A stretch of DNA of 64,000 nt from Tubiluchus corallicola. Its lineage: Eukaryota; Animalia; Priapulida. Below the pieces are notes generated by a model, which was not told the DNA's origin, did no database searches, and saw nothing but the letters and a program-made list of their open reading frames with translations. Made by a program: the position numbers and the translations under genes. Where the stretch lies: positions 142,911 to 206,910 of the forward strand of contig JAQGDQ010000253.1 of assembly GCA_030141605.1 (NCBI GenBank), written 5' to 3'. Shown in pieces: positions 12,901-26,051 of the stretch. Position 1 is the stretch's first letter. Each line of letters begins with the position of its first letter.

Positions 12901-15900
12901 TCCAGTGGGACGTGGTGGGTTAAATTAAAACGGCCGAGTAAAACGAGCACTTGACTTAAAAACCGCACAACTGGTTTTTCGTTCACGAATTGATGAAATT
13001 AATTGCTGTTATTGTCTTCGGTCACCAGCACAAGATTTGGGACATTTACACTGGCTTTACCGGGTATTATTGGCTTTGTTGCCCATGTACTTTTTGTAAC
13101 AGCTTAAACAACGTAGCAAAAAAATATTTGCTTTGAGCAGATAACTTGCGATGGTCAGACAGCCAATTTAACAAAGCTTTGCAATAAAGACGGTAGACTC
13201 ACTCCTACACTTTGCAGCCTTTTTCGTTATTCATGATAATGTGATCTGTAGCTATTTAAACTATGCATTCTATTTAGCAGTAATAGTGATAACTTTGAGA
13301 TTTTCTTGATTAACAGCAATGACATTTCTCATAGGGCAAGGTGAAAAAAATTCAGCTCCGTATATTCTCACATTTATTTTTATTATTAAGTGTTTATTAA
13401 ACATCCATTTGCACACAGCATTTCACTATATTCCCCAAACAAGGATTCTCTCTCAAATCAAACTCTCATCAAACAAATTCCAAAACGTAGGAGGTTTAAC
13501 TTTGATAAAAAAAAGTGACAAGAAGCACGATTTTAAATAACCAAATGCCACAAAAAAACGAGAAATGCATTATTTTATTTAATTATTCAATAATAAGCTA
13601 CACACGTTCTTCCTCATGAAAAGGTGTCTCTGTGACATCATGGTCCACGATTTGTCCCCACTGCATGCTCAATAGGCTGACTCGCTTTGAAGGACGGTGA
13701 ATGGAACTGTGGGTGTTCATTGAGATAACACGAGCGCTCTGTAGTCCATGTGGAAGCCCGTAATCACGCTGTCTATTGTCACACCTTGGTTCTGAAACTA
13801 TACAGGTGTGTTTATGTTACAGGTAGATACTGCTGTTCATCAGTCTTCTAGTTTATCTAAATCTCACTACAACCAACTTAGTGCTTCAGGCAGACACGAT
13901 GTTTAATGAAAAATATTAATAACGTACAAGGTTTTAAACATTTTAGCAACGTTTACATAGAATAATTCAGAAAACGCCTTGCTTTTCAATCCTATATGCA
14001 TATGTACTTATAACACATTCTACTATCGCTCTTCAACACTGTAATTATTTTAATAATTATCGCTCATCTCCTGCATTTGCAATGCATTAATTTCGAGCAG
14101 ATTTCATAATTAATTGTGCCTGACACTCTGGCAGAATAGACGAACATTGTAAGCACATTCTGAATAATAGCTCGCACCATTAAATGTTCCTTGCTCATAC
14201 TGTATCTGTCTAAAACATAACTTACGAAGGAAAAATTTGAATAGGAAGAAAACGTATATGAACTTACTTCCATCGCAGTAGTCTGGAGGGATGAATCTGT
14301 TGAACAGGGATCCAGCTGAGCCCCAATATGGATATTTCAGGTTATTGCAGGTTGCATCGAATGTCCTAAACCAGGGGCTCGTTTGGGCGCACCTGTAAGG
14401 CTGCGTGTTCATTTCATGAGTCCACAAAGCTTTACTTAAGGTATACAGTTCTCCGCGAGATAAACCGTACCTAAAACATGCGAAAATGCAGATATTCTGC
14501 CCTTCACAGTTAGTTCAGGTTCGTTTTCGTATTCCGATTGATTGATTGATTACTTTTTTATTTGTTTGTTTCGTAATCTTCAAAGTACAATACACGAGTG
14601 ACAAGGCAGTTAAAAAGTGAAATAAAATAACGAAGGGCTACTATAAAAACAGAGCAAATTAAAACAAAGTGATGATAATAGTATACAAGTATCTGTTAAA
14701 AAGTAAAAATTTGCTAAAATCAACATGACATAGCCGTTTTTTAAATAATTGTCGGTTGCCAGCATTTACAGTTGTAGCATCATTCACGTATGGTGTAGCT
14801 TGTTCCATAAACTTTCAACTCTGTTACTAAAGAAATGTTTAAAGCAATTAAGCAAGCTTTTTTCCACTTGTAATTTCAAATGGTGGCAAATTACTATTTA
14901 TAGTAATAGTAATAGTATATAAAAAGCCAAAAATCATACGATTAAATTTTACAATGATTAAATTGTACGACTAAAAACTATGCTAAAAATACCGAAAAAA
15001 ATACAAAAAGACATTGAAAGCATGAAAGTTTGCAATTTAAAACTTGCAATGTTATCACAAAGATAAGTCAGTCTTCCACGATTTAAAAATTTTGATGTAA
15101 AATACACATCCGACTTCACGATAAAATGTAAACGATTATTTCTGGAATGAAAAGTTCGCTGCCTTAGACTTTGTAACATTTTCTTCTCAAAAGCGAAAAT
15201 ACTTTACGAATGACGTTATTAAAAGCAGTCCTTAGTCTGTGAATTGTTCCAATGCGAAAAGATACAAATTTAACTCAACTACTTCTTGTCATTTGTTTTT
15301 TTCTTTGCAGTTGTCACAAAAGCCAAGAACAACATCTCTCTCTCCCTCTCCCTCCCTCCGTCCGTCCGTCTGTCTCACTCCTCTTCCTTTTAGTCTTTCC
15401 TCTTTTGCCCTCACAAAAAAAACATAGCACACAAACTGGAAATATACGTCTTGCTGTAAAATAAGTAAACTGACCGCGGGACTGTAGAAAACATTATGCA
15501 AAACACCAGGTTACAATGCTGACTACTTAGCACAAAAGGCCCTTTTAGATTTGCAACTCAACCAGCGGAGGAATCTAATGGTGAATAAATATTAATTTGC
15601 ACAAAAATTCGTAACAACCAAAATGCAAAAAATATCACCAAAACACTTGCTTATTCGTGAAAAGAGAAACAATCCATGTTACACCGCACTGTTAAGCGTA
15701 TTAAATATTACTGATCCCATTTGTCAATGTGAATGTACAGGTTTATTATTACGATTTTCAATGAAAACGATTTGGTCAATAAACTAAATAATAAAATGAT
15801 ACAACTTGCACGCTTATTCCTGGCGTTTGCTGTTTCTTCAATTAAATCTAAATTACCTGCGAACTAAATGCCTTGTAGTTGCAGTAAGATAGTGTGGTAT

Positions 15901-18900
15901 CCGTGATAAGTAGTAAGCAGTTTTTGTAGGAACACCTTCAGAATGATGCAGCGTAGCTTTTGTGACTCTTCCGTTCCGACCGTAAACTGCAAAATAAACA
16001 AGATTGAATGAACACAGATCAAAATCCGCGAGCATGACCGGTTTATCACTTGACAGGCTGTATGAACTCTACTTCTGGTGCGAAGTCTCGTCCTATTCAT
16101 CTAGTTCAGATTCGTTCAGTGCAAGAAGGACCTATTTTCTACAAACCCAGAAGATATGCTGTTTTTTACACACGTAAAATACCAGATGTTTGGAATCCCG
16201 TCACAGCATAATTATGTAAGATTTGTAAGTTGCAAGTTCTCTAAATCAGTTCAAATGAATAAACGGCTAGATGAACTCTATAGGGTCATCCCATTAAATT
16301 TGATTCAAGGGTTTCCACTACTCTTCCGCCTAGTTATTTGTCGGAGTATTTTGCTTACAGATAATCTAGTTAGTATTAGTTGAATAATGGACTTCTACAG
16401 TTCTTTAAACTATTCAAAGTAAAATATACTACTACTACCACTACCAGTACTACTAAATATATATATCCACATGTTTATCACTTGAATATACCTGAACTAT
16501 CATGTGACACAGCAGAGCAGTTTGCCCTAATTTTCAAAATTTGGCTCATCGGGCCCTTGAGCAATCCCAGCTTTTTAACCACACAATTGTCCGAGTCCAT
16601 AGCCCAGGTGAGAATTGAGAATACTGCAAGTTTTGTGGTTCCGTGTGCTATAGTTTGATTTATTCAATGTTATGACTCGATCAGACCGATGTCATGTGTC
16701 CTTGGCCTTTTGGCATGGTCACCGTTCAACATACGATTGTCTGAGCCCCTAATCTAGGTATCGACCCCACAAATTTTGTGAACCAGCAATATGCTTAATT
16801 ATGAATTACATAAAATAATGCCTATTACAAAACAACAACAGTTTTAAGTGATCAGGATATGGGTTGATTGGGTTATCTTAGATCCGAGTTGCTCGCAGAT
16901 AAAAATATTCAGAGACGATACGCATTATTATTTATAAATTTTATAATTAGCTGCAGATCCAAACAACATGAATAACAACTAAACAGAGTATTACTAATTG
17001 TTACAAGAGCTGTGTTATTCAGATTCAGGAGCAAAGAAAATGCAGACGCTTTTCTGTCTGCATTCTTCGCCAATTATCTCATGATTTCGTTTCAAATTCG
17101 CAACTGCTATGTACCACGCACTGTATTCATTAGAAGACGTGAACTAAATTTTGCAGTTATTCTTGACACAACTAATAGCAAAAAAACGCATCACGGATGG
17201 TATAAATACGCAGTTCTATTGAAGTGGCTGACAACGGAAGATATCGCTAGCGTTTCAGTACTCAGTAGTTACAATGTAGACAAACCCTGGCCGCCTTAAC
17301 AACTTTTTTTCATAAATTAAACCATAAAACAGCTACAGGATACCTACCTACTAGCGTAAAAACAAAAAGACATTATAAAAATTCCTTTTCAGTTAATAAA
17401 ACGAAATAAACGGTGGCTATATAAGCCTACAATCATAACTGCAATTAATCACTCAGTCGAATCTTTATTACAGCATAGAAGATAACTAACTATTCAGCAA
17501 GGAACAGTTCCAATTAAGTGCTGATATTATTTGCAATAAAAGACGATAGCGTACATTATACAATGTGGCACATTATTCAGCGTTTGAATGTAATGAATAG
17601 ATTACAATGAATAGGCAAGAGCATCCAGTGCGAAAGACTTCTAGCCGTAACACTGAATAAATCTGAATAAATCTATAGCGCATAGAATTGTGAAACTTGC
17701 AAAAGAGGGCCTCAGAGTCAGACAATGGTGTAATTAAGAAGCTGCAATTGTTTAAAGGTCACAAAAATGAGAGCAAACATGAATAAACAACACCTATCAA
17801 GTGAAATTAGTGTTTTCCGTATGATAAATTATTACAATATTGTACAACTTATTGTAGATTATTGTTGCAACTTTACTGTCATATGTTTGACAGTCTTGTA
17901 GTGATGCTGTCAAAAACATGTCTCACCTCGTGTTGGTCGACCAGGGTCGTAATGGATTCGTTCTGAGAAGCCGTAGAAAGAGTAGGTATTGTTCAGCGAA
18001 AGAGTTAACGAGAAAACAAAACAACCGACAGTTGGGTAGTACTGGTCTGGCGGGTCTCCTGCAAAATGCACGGCTAAAAAATAAAGAAAATAGAATATTA
18101 GATATTCGTAATTTGATTTACTGGTGTAAAATAGCAGAACTAGTGCAACAGTAACTGCATTAATTAGATTGGCTCGCCATCTTTGAACTTGCGTCGGGAA
18201 ATTTTTTAGGTATCATAATTATTACATAAGTGGGATTAACAATATTGGTGAGGCCAAGACATGCTTCTGTGGCAGATTGCCTAGGGAAGAATCCTGAACG
18301 ATTGTTTTGGTTCATAAACTGGTACTGTCAAATGTTTTAGGTTATTCTATATTGTGTTAAAAACTAGTCTGATCAGAAAAGGCCTAATATGGATCAAGTC
18401 GTTTCTTAACGTATTTTTAAACGTTTACTTTGCCTTTCCTACCCTTATTATGAATAATTATTACATTTGAATTCTTCTTTTAAAACTTTTAAAAACTTTT
18501 CACACGTGAAGTTTAATTTGCATTAAATTAGGGTCTATATGGGTATATCAACCTATCAATATCTAAATACTTAATATATGAAATCGAAATGCAAATGTTC
18601 TAAATAAAAATCAGTCATGAAAGCAGAAGCGATATTCTTTCCTCAAGCTAGAGAAAATGATCGTCGTTGTTTCAACAATTTTGGTCACCTTCACAGAGTT
18701 GCCAGCTGAAGAAGTAATCAGGATGCAGTCTTCAGAAATTAAAGTATATTCCGATTTATATCTTATATGTTAACTTTAAATACTAAAAACTCAACTATCA
18801 ATTTACCCAATACTCCTTCGTGGCTTCCTCGGTACTGTACTGGAACTGTTTTTCTAACGTATGCTCTCGTCCGGGTGAGTAGATCCATGATGGCTTCCCC

Positions 18901-19074
18901 TGTCATGTAACCTGCTCCATAATACTGATCTGAATGCAACACGTTTTTCCATTTCTCGCACAGATTGTCAAACGCGATGACGACAGTGTCGCCGTAAAAA
19001 TTTACCATTTGCGATGTTGCTGGTGACGACAGCAACGCTAAACAGCAAAGTAAAACCGGGAAGACTGGCGTCAT
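3984..19074 (-). CDS. Secreted animal heme peroxidase (peroxidase-cyclooxygenase superfamily), 16 coding exons, ~845 aa
   Basis: GT-AG exons join in frame: 19074-18807, 18073-17927, 16623-16492, 15986-15857, 14470-14268, 13797-13606, 12299-12147, 11780-11679, 11048-10932, 10532-10393, 9870-9683, 7848-7675, 7098-6877, 6484-6312, 5516-5417, 4080-3984 (2538 nt). Motifs: signal peptide, [71 protein letters not shown]. Exons 1-4 rest on splice and frame consistency only. Confidence 0.93.
5807..6120. repeat. Degenerate ~142-bp tandem repeat in a peroxidase intron
   Basis: TTCATGACTATCCAT...GCCATCTT...AATGGC...AAAATCCGACT occurs at ~5807 and ~5949, with a partial third unit. Confidence 0.7.
8295..8811. 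mobile_element. ~515-bp dispersed repeat, copy A (unclassified)
   Basis: Highly similar to 15232-15737 with the same sharp boundaries. It has an internal (GTCC)n/(CT)n stretch and no clear terminal inverted repeat (TIR). Confidence 0.85.
8830..9478 (+). mobile_element. Decayed LINE 3' fragment (RTEX-like C-terminus)
   Basis: Translates as [32 protein letters not shown], resembling the SSHxLxIExGRW..PRExRxC motif of LINE C-termini. It ends in AATAAA followed by (TAA)n. Confidence 0.6.
14720..14890 (-). mobile_element. CR1-group LINE 3' fragment
   Basis: Minus-strand translation [30 protein letters not shown] resembles the CR1 ORF2 C-terminal FFSNRV..WNxL motif. Confidence 0.6.
15232..15737. 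mobile_element. ~505-bp dispersed repeat, copy B (direct orientation to 8295-8811)
   Basis: Near-identical to copy A from TTAGTCTGTGAATTG through CAATGTGAATGTA. Confidence 0.85.
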
Positions 19075-20510
19075 AGTGGTGCTCCGTTAGTGTGTTCTTG
19101 AAATAAAACAAATGGTTTTGTTAGTGAGTGAAAGATTTAATTCTTTGATGAATCTTTCTTTAGCCGAAATCGATAACAGAAATTTAAAAACGCAAGCAAC
19201 TGATTTCAATTCGAGCAACTTACAGCTTCTAATACAATAATGTAATTCTCTATAACCCATAGTTTGATAACCTACTCAATCACATTTTTTGTCGTGTCTC
19301 AAGATTAAGAAGATATTTGTACAATGTTTTGAGTTCTGCTAGCTCTCCTTCCTGGTTAGTTCCAGTTTATCACGTCACTTAGGAGGGGGTCACTGAACAA
19401 ATGGGTTTCTCTCTCGTCAGCAATGCACTATACCGTCTTGAACTCATATAGCCTTCATTTTTCTAAAATCTGCAAACTTCTTGCACTGGTTACCTCGTAA
19501 TGTCTTGATTCTAGTTAGCAGCTTTGCAGAGATAATAATCATAATAATGACTTTATTATTATTTATTTTGTAAGCATGCTTTGCAAAGTAATTAGATAAT
19601 AGCTAATAAAATACTTCCCTGTATAACTGTTACACTGTAAGTAATTTCAAACGAAGATTTTAAAAAGCCAACATTCAGTCTACAAAAATATTGGTCTGCT
19701 CATTACAAAAGTTAAATGATTTTTTGAGGAAGCGTAAACATGATCCTAATTCGTCTTTTCTTGCACATCTAATGGATGTTAACCTGATCTCGTTGGTAAT
19801 TTTGCATTTACTAAAGTATGGGAAATTATAATCTGTGAATCCTTTAATTAAATTAAACTCTGGGTATATAACTCTCTGTCATTCAGTATTTTAGGCACAT
19901 ATGGACCATAGCTGATGTGCAATTTGTCCTCCTTGATGTTTTGACATATATTTAAATATTTCGATGGTTTGGCTTAGTAAAATATACACGCTACTGAGAG
20001 TCCCTCTTGAGCCCAGTGCCGCATTATCTCTTCTGCAACGGATGCCGCTACGGTATATAACTTGAACAAACCTGCAAAATTTAAAATTTTCAAATAGATA
20101 AACACTTACATTTGTTGATTTACGGCAAGGTCCTAACAAAATTCAAACAAAATTCGTTTCACACAGTCACGTACAAAACTAAGCAAATTTCACACAAAAA
20201 TCCGCCATTAAACGCAGTCAGCCATCGCCCTTACCACAAGCAGGTACAAAAATGGCAGTGATCAAAGCATGCTGTACCGGTATGCATCGCTTTTAAATCG
20301 CCTATAATCATGTGGCTTCCCTGTCCTTTAAACCGTGTCAATCGCTTCTTCGTGAATTTAAGGCCATGGTTGGTTAAAATTAAAAAAGCCAGTTTTACAG
20401 GTTAATGCTAGGGTGGTTTTTTGCAGGTAGCTAGGATGTTTCTGACGCTTATGTGAAACTAGTGAGCTTCGAACCGGTTTACCGTTTTGTTTCTTTCCTA
20501 AATTTAGTTG

Positions 20511-20615
20511 CCATCATCTCATCATCATCATCATCTCATCATCATCATCTCATCATCAGCAGCAGCATCTCATCATCATCATCATCATCATCATCAATAA
20601 CAACAACAACAACAA
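20511..20615. repeat. (CAT)n/(CAA)n microsatellite
   Basis: Directly visible simple repeats. Confidence 0.9.
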
Positions 20616-21352
20616 TTTTACTGTCTAATTAAATTTTTGTCGTGTTATTAATTAGTAAATTGCTATTTCACGGAACTTGTAAATAAAGACCTAGCTTTTG
20701 TCAATGTTTAAACATTTTAACATAAGGGTGCCACTTGCTTAATAAGAAACCAACCATTAAGCCTATTTTATTTTAGCTAGGTCATTTAAATGTTTGTCTG
20801 GCTGGCTGAATGACTGACCGACTGACCATCTTCTAGTTGATGTGCGACTGACCGACCAGCTGACTGCAGAGTCGGTGTTGACTAGCAATTAATGGTCAGA
20901 GAGATAAATCAGAGAGGTTTATTGATTGATAAACCATTCAATGAATTATTTGTTTCATTAGCAGGTTGATTGCTTAACTGACTGATCATCCAACAGCCAA
21001 AAGAGTGATCGTTATTAATTGATACAGAATGAATGACTGATAAATTCGTTTGATTACTTGCTAACTGTCAGGAAAAATGCCTGTTTGTTTTACCATCTTT
21101 CTTACGTTTTTATAAAAGAAAACTATTCTAGTTTCTTTGTCCGCTTAACCAATCGGTCAACCAGTTGTCGGTCTGTCAAAGTGTTAGTCAATCAGTTAGT
21201 CAGTCAATTACTCAGGCAGGCAGGCACGCAGCAGGCAGAAATGTATTTAGCTAGTACAATAAAGGCAACAATTGGTCATTTAACCAAATGTGTATTTACT
21301 CATTTGTACAATGAATATAAACACTAACATATTCATGTTGAATACGCACATT

Positions 21353-22042
21353 AAAAGGGGCACCTGAAGTAGGTTTCAGAAAAATCGCCTTATATAATAT
21401 TATTTATATAATATATTATATAAACAATAATTATATCACTTTACAGCAATTTTATGCGCATATCGTATTCGCGTTCAAAGCAGTTTTCGTTTGTTTGCAT
21501 TTTAAATTTCCCGCAATACTGTTCCGACGGCGCCATTACATGACGTCACTAAAACACGTAAATCAGGGGAAGAAAAGGTAATGTTAAATTATGACCCAAA
21601 AAACTTCCCGTGGAAATCTATGTTATTTAGCATTTCATTTATCTGCTGGAAAGACTTATGTAACTAGAGTAATAATTGTGCCAATTGGTCAAATGTCGCT
21701 GACTCACCCTCCAGGGTGCGCCACTCACTAGCCAAAAACGTGTTTTTAATCTTATTGACAAGATATAGTAATTTCAAATTTTGCTTAATTAGCAACATGT
21801 ATGCTACGAATGTTCTGATTATTTTTTCAAACTTTACTCAATGTTATCAAAACTTGTTTCAAACGACCTACCATTAAAATGGCTGCGATTAACAGTCATC
21901 GCGGGAGTTTCAATTTACACGTTTTATATAGCGCTACGGCCGATGCAAGCCCTGCATACAAAAAGGTAGTATGTAAGTGGCATAAAATTTCGAGACCAAC
22001 TTTTTAAGCTTTATGTAAATGGAGTGTTTTATTGTGCTTTAA
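21353..22042 (+). mobile_element. ~690-bp non-autonomous DNA element, copy 1 (possibly Kolobok-like)
   Basis: Collinear with the reverse complement of 30990-31668 (e.g. CTGAAGTAGGTTTCAGAAAAATCGCCT, GCTGACTCACCCTCCAGGGTG). Ends read TTAAAAGGGG... and ...GTGCTTTAA. No convincing TIR. Confidence 0.75.
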
Positions 22043-23441
22043 GTGCTTTCGTTAAAATATACATCTGATTGTCAATGAACTGCCTGCTAGACGTAAGTTT
22101 AAGCAATTTTCCAACTAAACAAAGAACTTAATTCATTTCACAATGTTGTATACTATAATTAGTTTATTGCACAGGTGAAGATAACATAAATTCATAAACA
22201 TTAGAGGTCGTTGCATTAAACGCTTCATTTCGTTACTAATGATGGTTTAAATAAGTGTCACATGACTGCCCAGCATCCGTATTAATCTGCTAATGTGTTA
22301 CATAACTGAAGAATTGCCAAAATTATGCTAGATCAGTTAGTATAGATTTGATTAGGCTGTTCAACAATTTTCAACACGTATACCTGTGACAAAAATCAGC
22401 AATCTCGCTCTAATCTATAATTCTGGGTCTTCATAATTATTCTGAATTGAATCCGTAAAGATATGTTTAGAGATAACTATAATAAAAGCATTTACAATAC
22501 AGTCAGTAAATATGGCAATTATGGTTACTTGATCACGTAAGCATTTTCATTTGTTCTCTTTTCATCTGGACAACGAAAATAACTTCGTTCTAAGGTGCTT
22601 GTTGAACGATGTACCGGTAAATTTGAAAATTGGGAACGAACTATTACTCATTTTTTACTCTTCTAGTTTCCGGTTTATCTCTGGAGTTAGACAAAATAGA
22701 AAGATACATGCTGCCTCTATGAGGGAATATTAATATTTGCTCTAGTATATTGCTTATTACAAATAATATAGAAGTGTAATATAACATTCACTCTTCTAAA
22801 TATGTACATAAAAATAGGTAAAGACATGATTGATACTTCGTTAAAAATAATATTGATTAATCTGACAGAAAACCTAGTACAAAACTTTAGGCTAAAATTT
22901 TTACTATTTAATTAGCCATGTATATGAGCTTTGTGTGCCACGTCACATTTTTGTTTCAACTTATTTTGCCTAAATTCAATGTGGCTTCCCGTGGCTTCTC
23001 TAAATTTGCAGATTAAACGATAAGATTACTAAAAACTGGTTACAATGTTTCATTGTTACATAATGACGCTTTTGTTACACAATTAACTTTAAAAAACATG
23101 GCACAATGTTATTTTACATAAATGTGTGTTCCAACAAACATGGCTTCAAATAAATATATTGACCTGCTAAGCATTGATATTTAGCTAAACGGAGACAAAA
23201 ACAAGTAGCAAAAAGATGGTATTATTGCACGTACAAAAACCGACCTCTGTAACTTAGAATGCTGATTTCATTTAGACCACTAAGATCTCATAAGTCTTAA
23301 ATGAGAATAAAAGAAACACTATGAATAAAATGAGATGAAATGAAAACACTGCCAATGCCAGAAGTCAACTGATTTCAAAGATCAATGATGTTTATAGACA
23401 GTTCGTATAACAAGCGCTGCTTGCAGTGTATATTCATATAC

Positions 23442-23735
23442 TCTTCTTCTTCTTTAATGAATCAAACGTCCAGGGACATGATTCTGCTCACCTCTCTATG
23501 CCAGGACCTACACGCTGCAATACCCCAAGTAGATTTGTTTCTAAGGATCAATGCTGAAGTGTTTAAATCTTTCTGTGCAAAATCTAAATATGTTAACAAT
23601 TGTCCTCCTGCAGGTTTTTTAGCTGGTTCTATGGCTTGTTGAAGAGCTATCTTCACTGGAATATCATCAGGTAGTCTAAGCATATGCCCAATCCATCTTA
23701 AACGGCGTCTTTTTATTTTCTCCAAGGTTATTCTT
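23442..23735 (-). mobile_element. RTE-group LINE 3' fragment
   Basis: Translates as KIKRRRLRWIGHMLRLPDDIPVKIAL...KKPAGG, then a stop and a (GAA)n tail. Confidence 0.8.
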
Positions 23736-24667
23736 TTATTTTTTCATATAGATCTTTGTTTGAAATTTTCTTTCGCCATCTACTGCCCAAAATGTTTCTG
23801 TAATTTCGCCTTTGAAATATAATATGAATATAATATGATATGAATATAATATAGTATAATATAAATATAATATAATACTAATATAATATGAATTGTTGTT
23901 ACTATAGACGTTCTCCGAATGAAGACAATTCCATCTCTCCAATGAACAAGAAATCACAAATGATTGAAAGTATGAGTTATCACCGCTACCCTTTTGACTA
24001 CGAAGACCAAGTCAGAGATACAGAACTTCCTACAACTAATACAGCACTCCCATACATCCTACAACACTCCCAACTAACTCGTAAGTTGGGCCGAACATGC
24101 CGACCCCGTGTGGTTAATGGCAATTCTGCATATCATGTCTACCTTGTTGCTGTTTAACGAGCACAAGTTAAAATTCAAAATTCAAAAATTTCTGTACCCT
24201 GTAATGAACGCCAGTTATTGCGCGATGCTGGAAATTCAAGTCTTCTTGGAGGAATTTCACAATTCTTCGGGGGGATAGAAAGAAGATTCTTGAAGCGCTT
24301 CTTCGGTCCCAGGATTTTGTCTTTAGTCACTATCACATCAATAATATTTCCACTCTTTCAATGATGTGTTCCGTTGCTTATCATTGCAAAGTTGGTGACG
24401 ATTTTCATCAAAAGTCAAAAATTTGCTATAATATCATCCTTTCTTATATCTTGTTTTATATCCGTTTAACTGAGATGTTAATAGGCCTTCTTACATAAAA
24501 CAATTCATTTACGTGGAATAGAATATTGTGAACACTTGGTTACAAGGCCTTACTAAGATTTGGGGAAACAAAGTAGCGAAAAAATGTGATTTTGTTTTAG
24601 CAAATCTCAATAAGCCGTTGCAAAAAAATTGACGAACTTACTGCACTTGCTTCCTTTTCTTTAATAA

Positions 24668-25154
24668 CAGGGATGAGAATTTTCCGCCGATACGCGGAAT
24701 TCAGAGTTTTTGGAAGACCAGTAGTGCCATTTTTGTAAATCGCGTAAATTCGTTGAGAAAATTTTTACGGACCCAGTACATTATTTCACATGCTGACCGC
24801 TAGATGGCAGGCCGTCACTTTGTTTACATCACGTACATCAGTGTAACCACGTGTATATCTCTATGTATAAAAATATAGAATCAATTATGCGGAGTTATTT
24901 GAGTCAATTGCCGACAGTTTTTTTTATACTTTTGCGTTTTTGACACAAGTAGGTATCGTGTATCCTTCATAGTTGGGTATTTTAAATTATGCATGAAACA
25001 AGGTAATTGATATTTTAAGTCCACTTAGAGGCTCTCTATGGTCACAAAATTGCAATTTGTTGCTTCGCCCCCTTGAACCCCCATGGGGGCCTACCCGGCC
25101 CCCGAACCTCCGGCCTGTTTCAAAATTTTTTGCAATTTGTCATTCTCATCCCTG
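24668..25154. mobile_element. MITE with 13-bp TIR CAGGGATGAGAAT
   Basis: Perfect TIR (CAGGGATGAGAAT ... ATTCTCATCCCTG) with TAATAA on both sides, an apparent 6-bp TSD. Confidence 0.88.
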
Positions 25155-26051
25155 TAATAACCATCGGAGTTATTTTTATATCCGACTCAGTAAATTTTCA
25201 AAATAAATGAACACTGATTTTAGTTGTGCAAATGTAAAAAGTTCATTTTGTGAGTCTCATAAAATTTTAATGGGAGACATAGTTAGGTTTTCTACAAATA
25301 ACTTATTTTGATGTATGGAATTCATGTAATTTGTAGACCTGCAGCCATTACTAGTCGGTAATTATCAGTTAGCTCGACTTCTTTAAAATGCAACTTATTT
25401 AAGCCTATTTTCTGCATTTTACTTTTGAAACGTAACTTTCAAAAACACTAAATATAAAAACGTTAGCTATTTTCTGTAATTTATACAAAACTAATGTAAT
25501 GATAACGATTTATTAATTAATAAAGCATAAAATATACGACTTTTATAGTAAAAGCTACAAGAAAACCGTGACGTCACTTTAGGGCAAACCTGTGATTAGT
25601 TATGACCACACGATTTTGATTAAATGAAAGCTACTGCTTCTGACGTCAGTAGTCGCCATGATAAGTATTCAAATCGCTTCGATTTTTTTGTAATCCATGC
25701 GTAGAGGCCCCAAATTGCTCCTGACGTCCTATCGTCCTAGTCAACCGAATAATTTCATCTTTGGTTCGCATCTACAGTTTTGACCCCACAAGTTACATCG
25801 ACAGGTATTAGAAGAACAGCAGTCATTGTGTCGTATGCTGCATCGTCTCCACGATTTAAGGCACGTTCGTCTAAAAGAAAGTTGTATATAGTTTACATAA
25901 GGCGATGCACGGTGAACATGGCACAGATAAAAATGGCACAGGTAAAACAGTAAAATGTCACAGTAAAAGTGGCACAGAAAAGAGTGGAACAGGGAAAAAG
26001 TAACAAATCGAAAACAGGAAAAAACGTTTTATTGGAATACTCAATAAAATA

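Noticed and set aside
17012-17299. 95-aa ORF as a transposase fragment (FAVILDTT)
   Set aside because: It shows one weak motif and no supporting termini.
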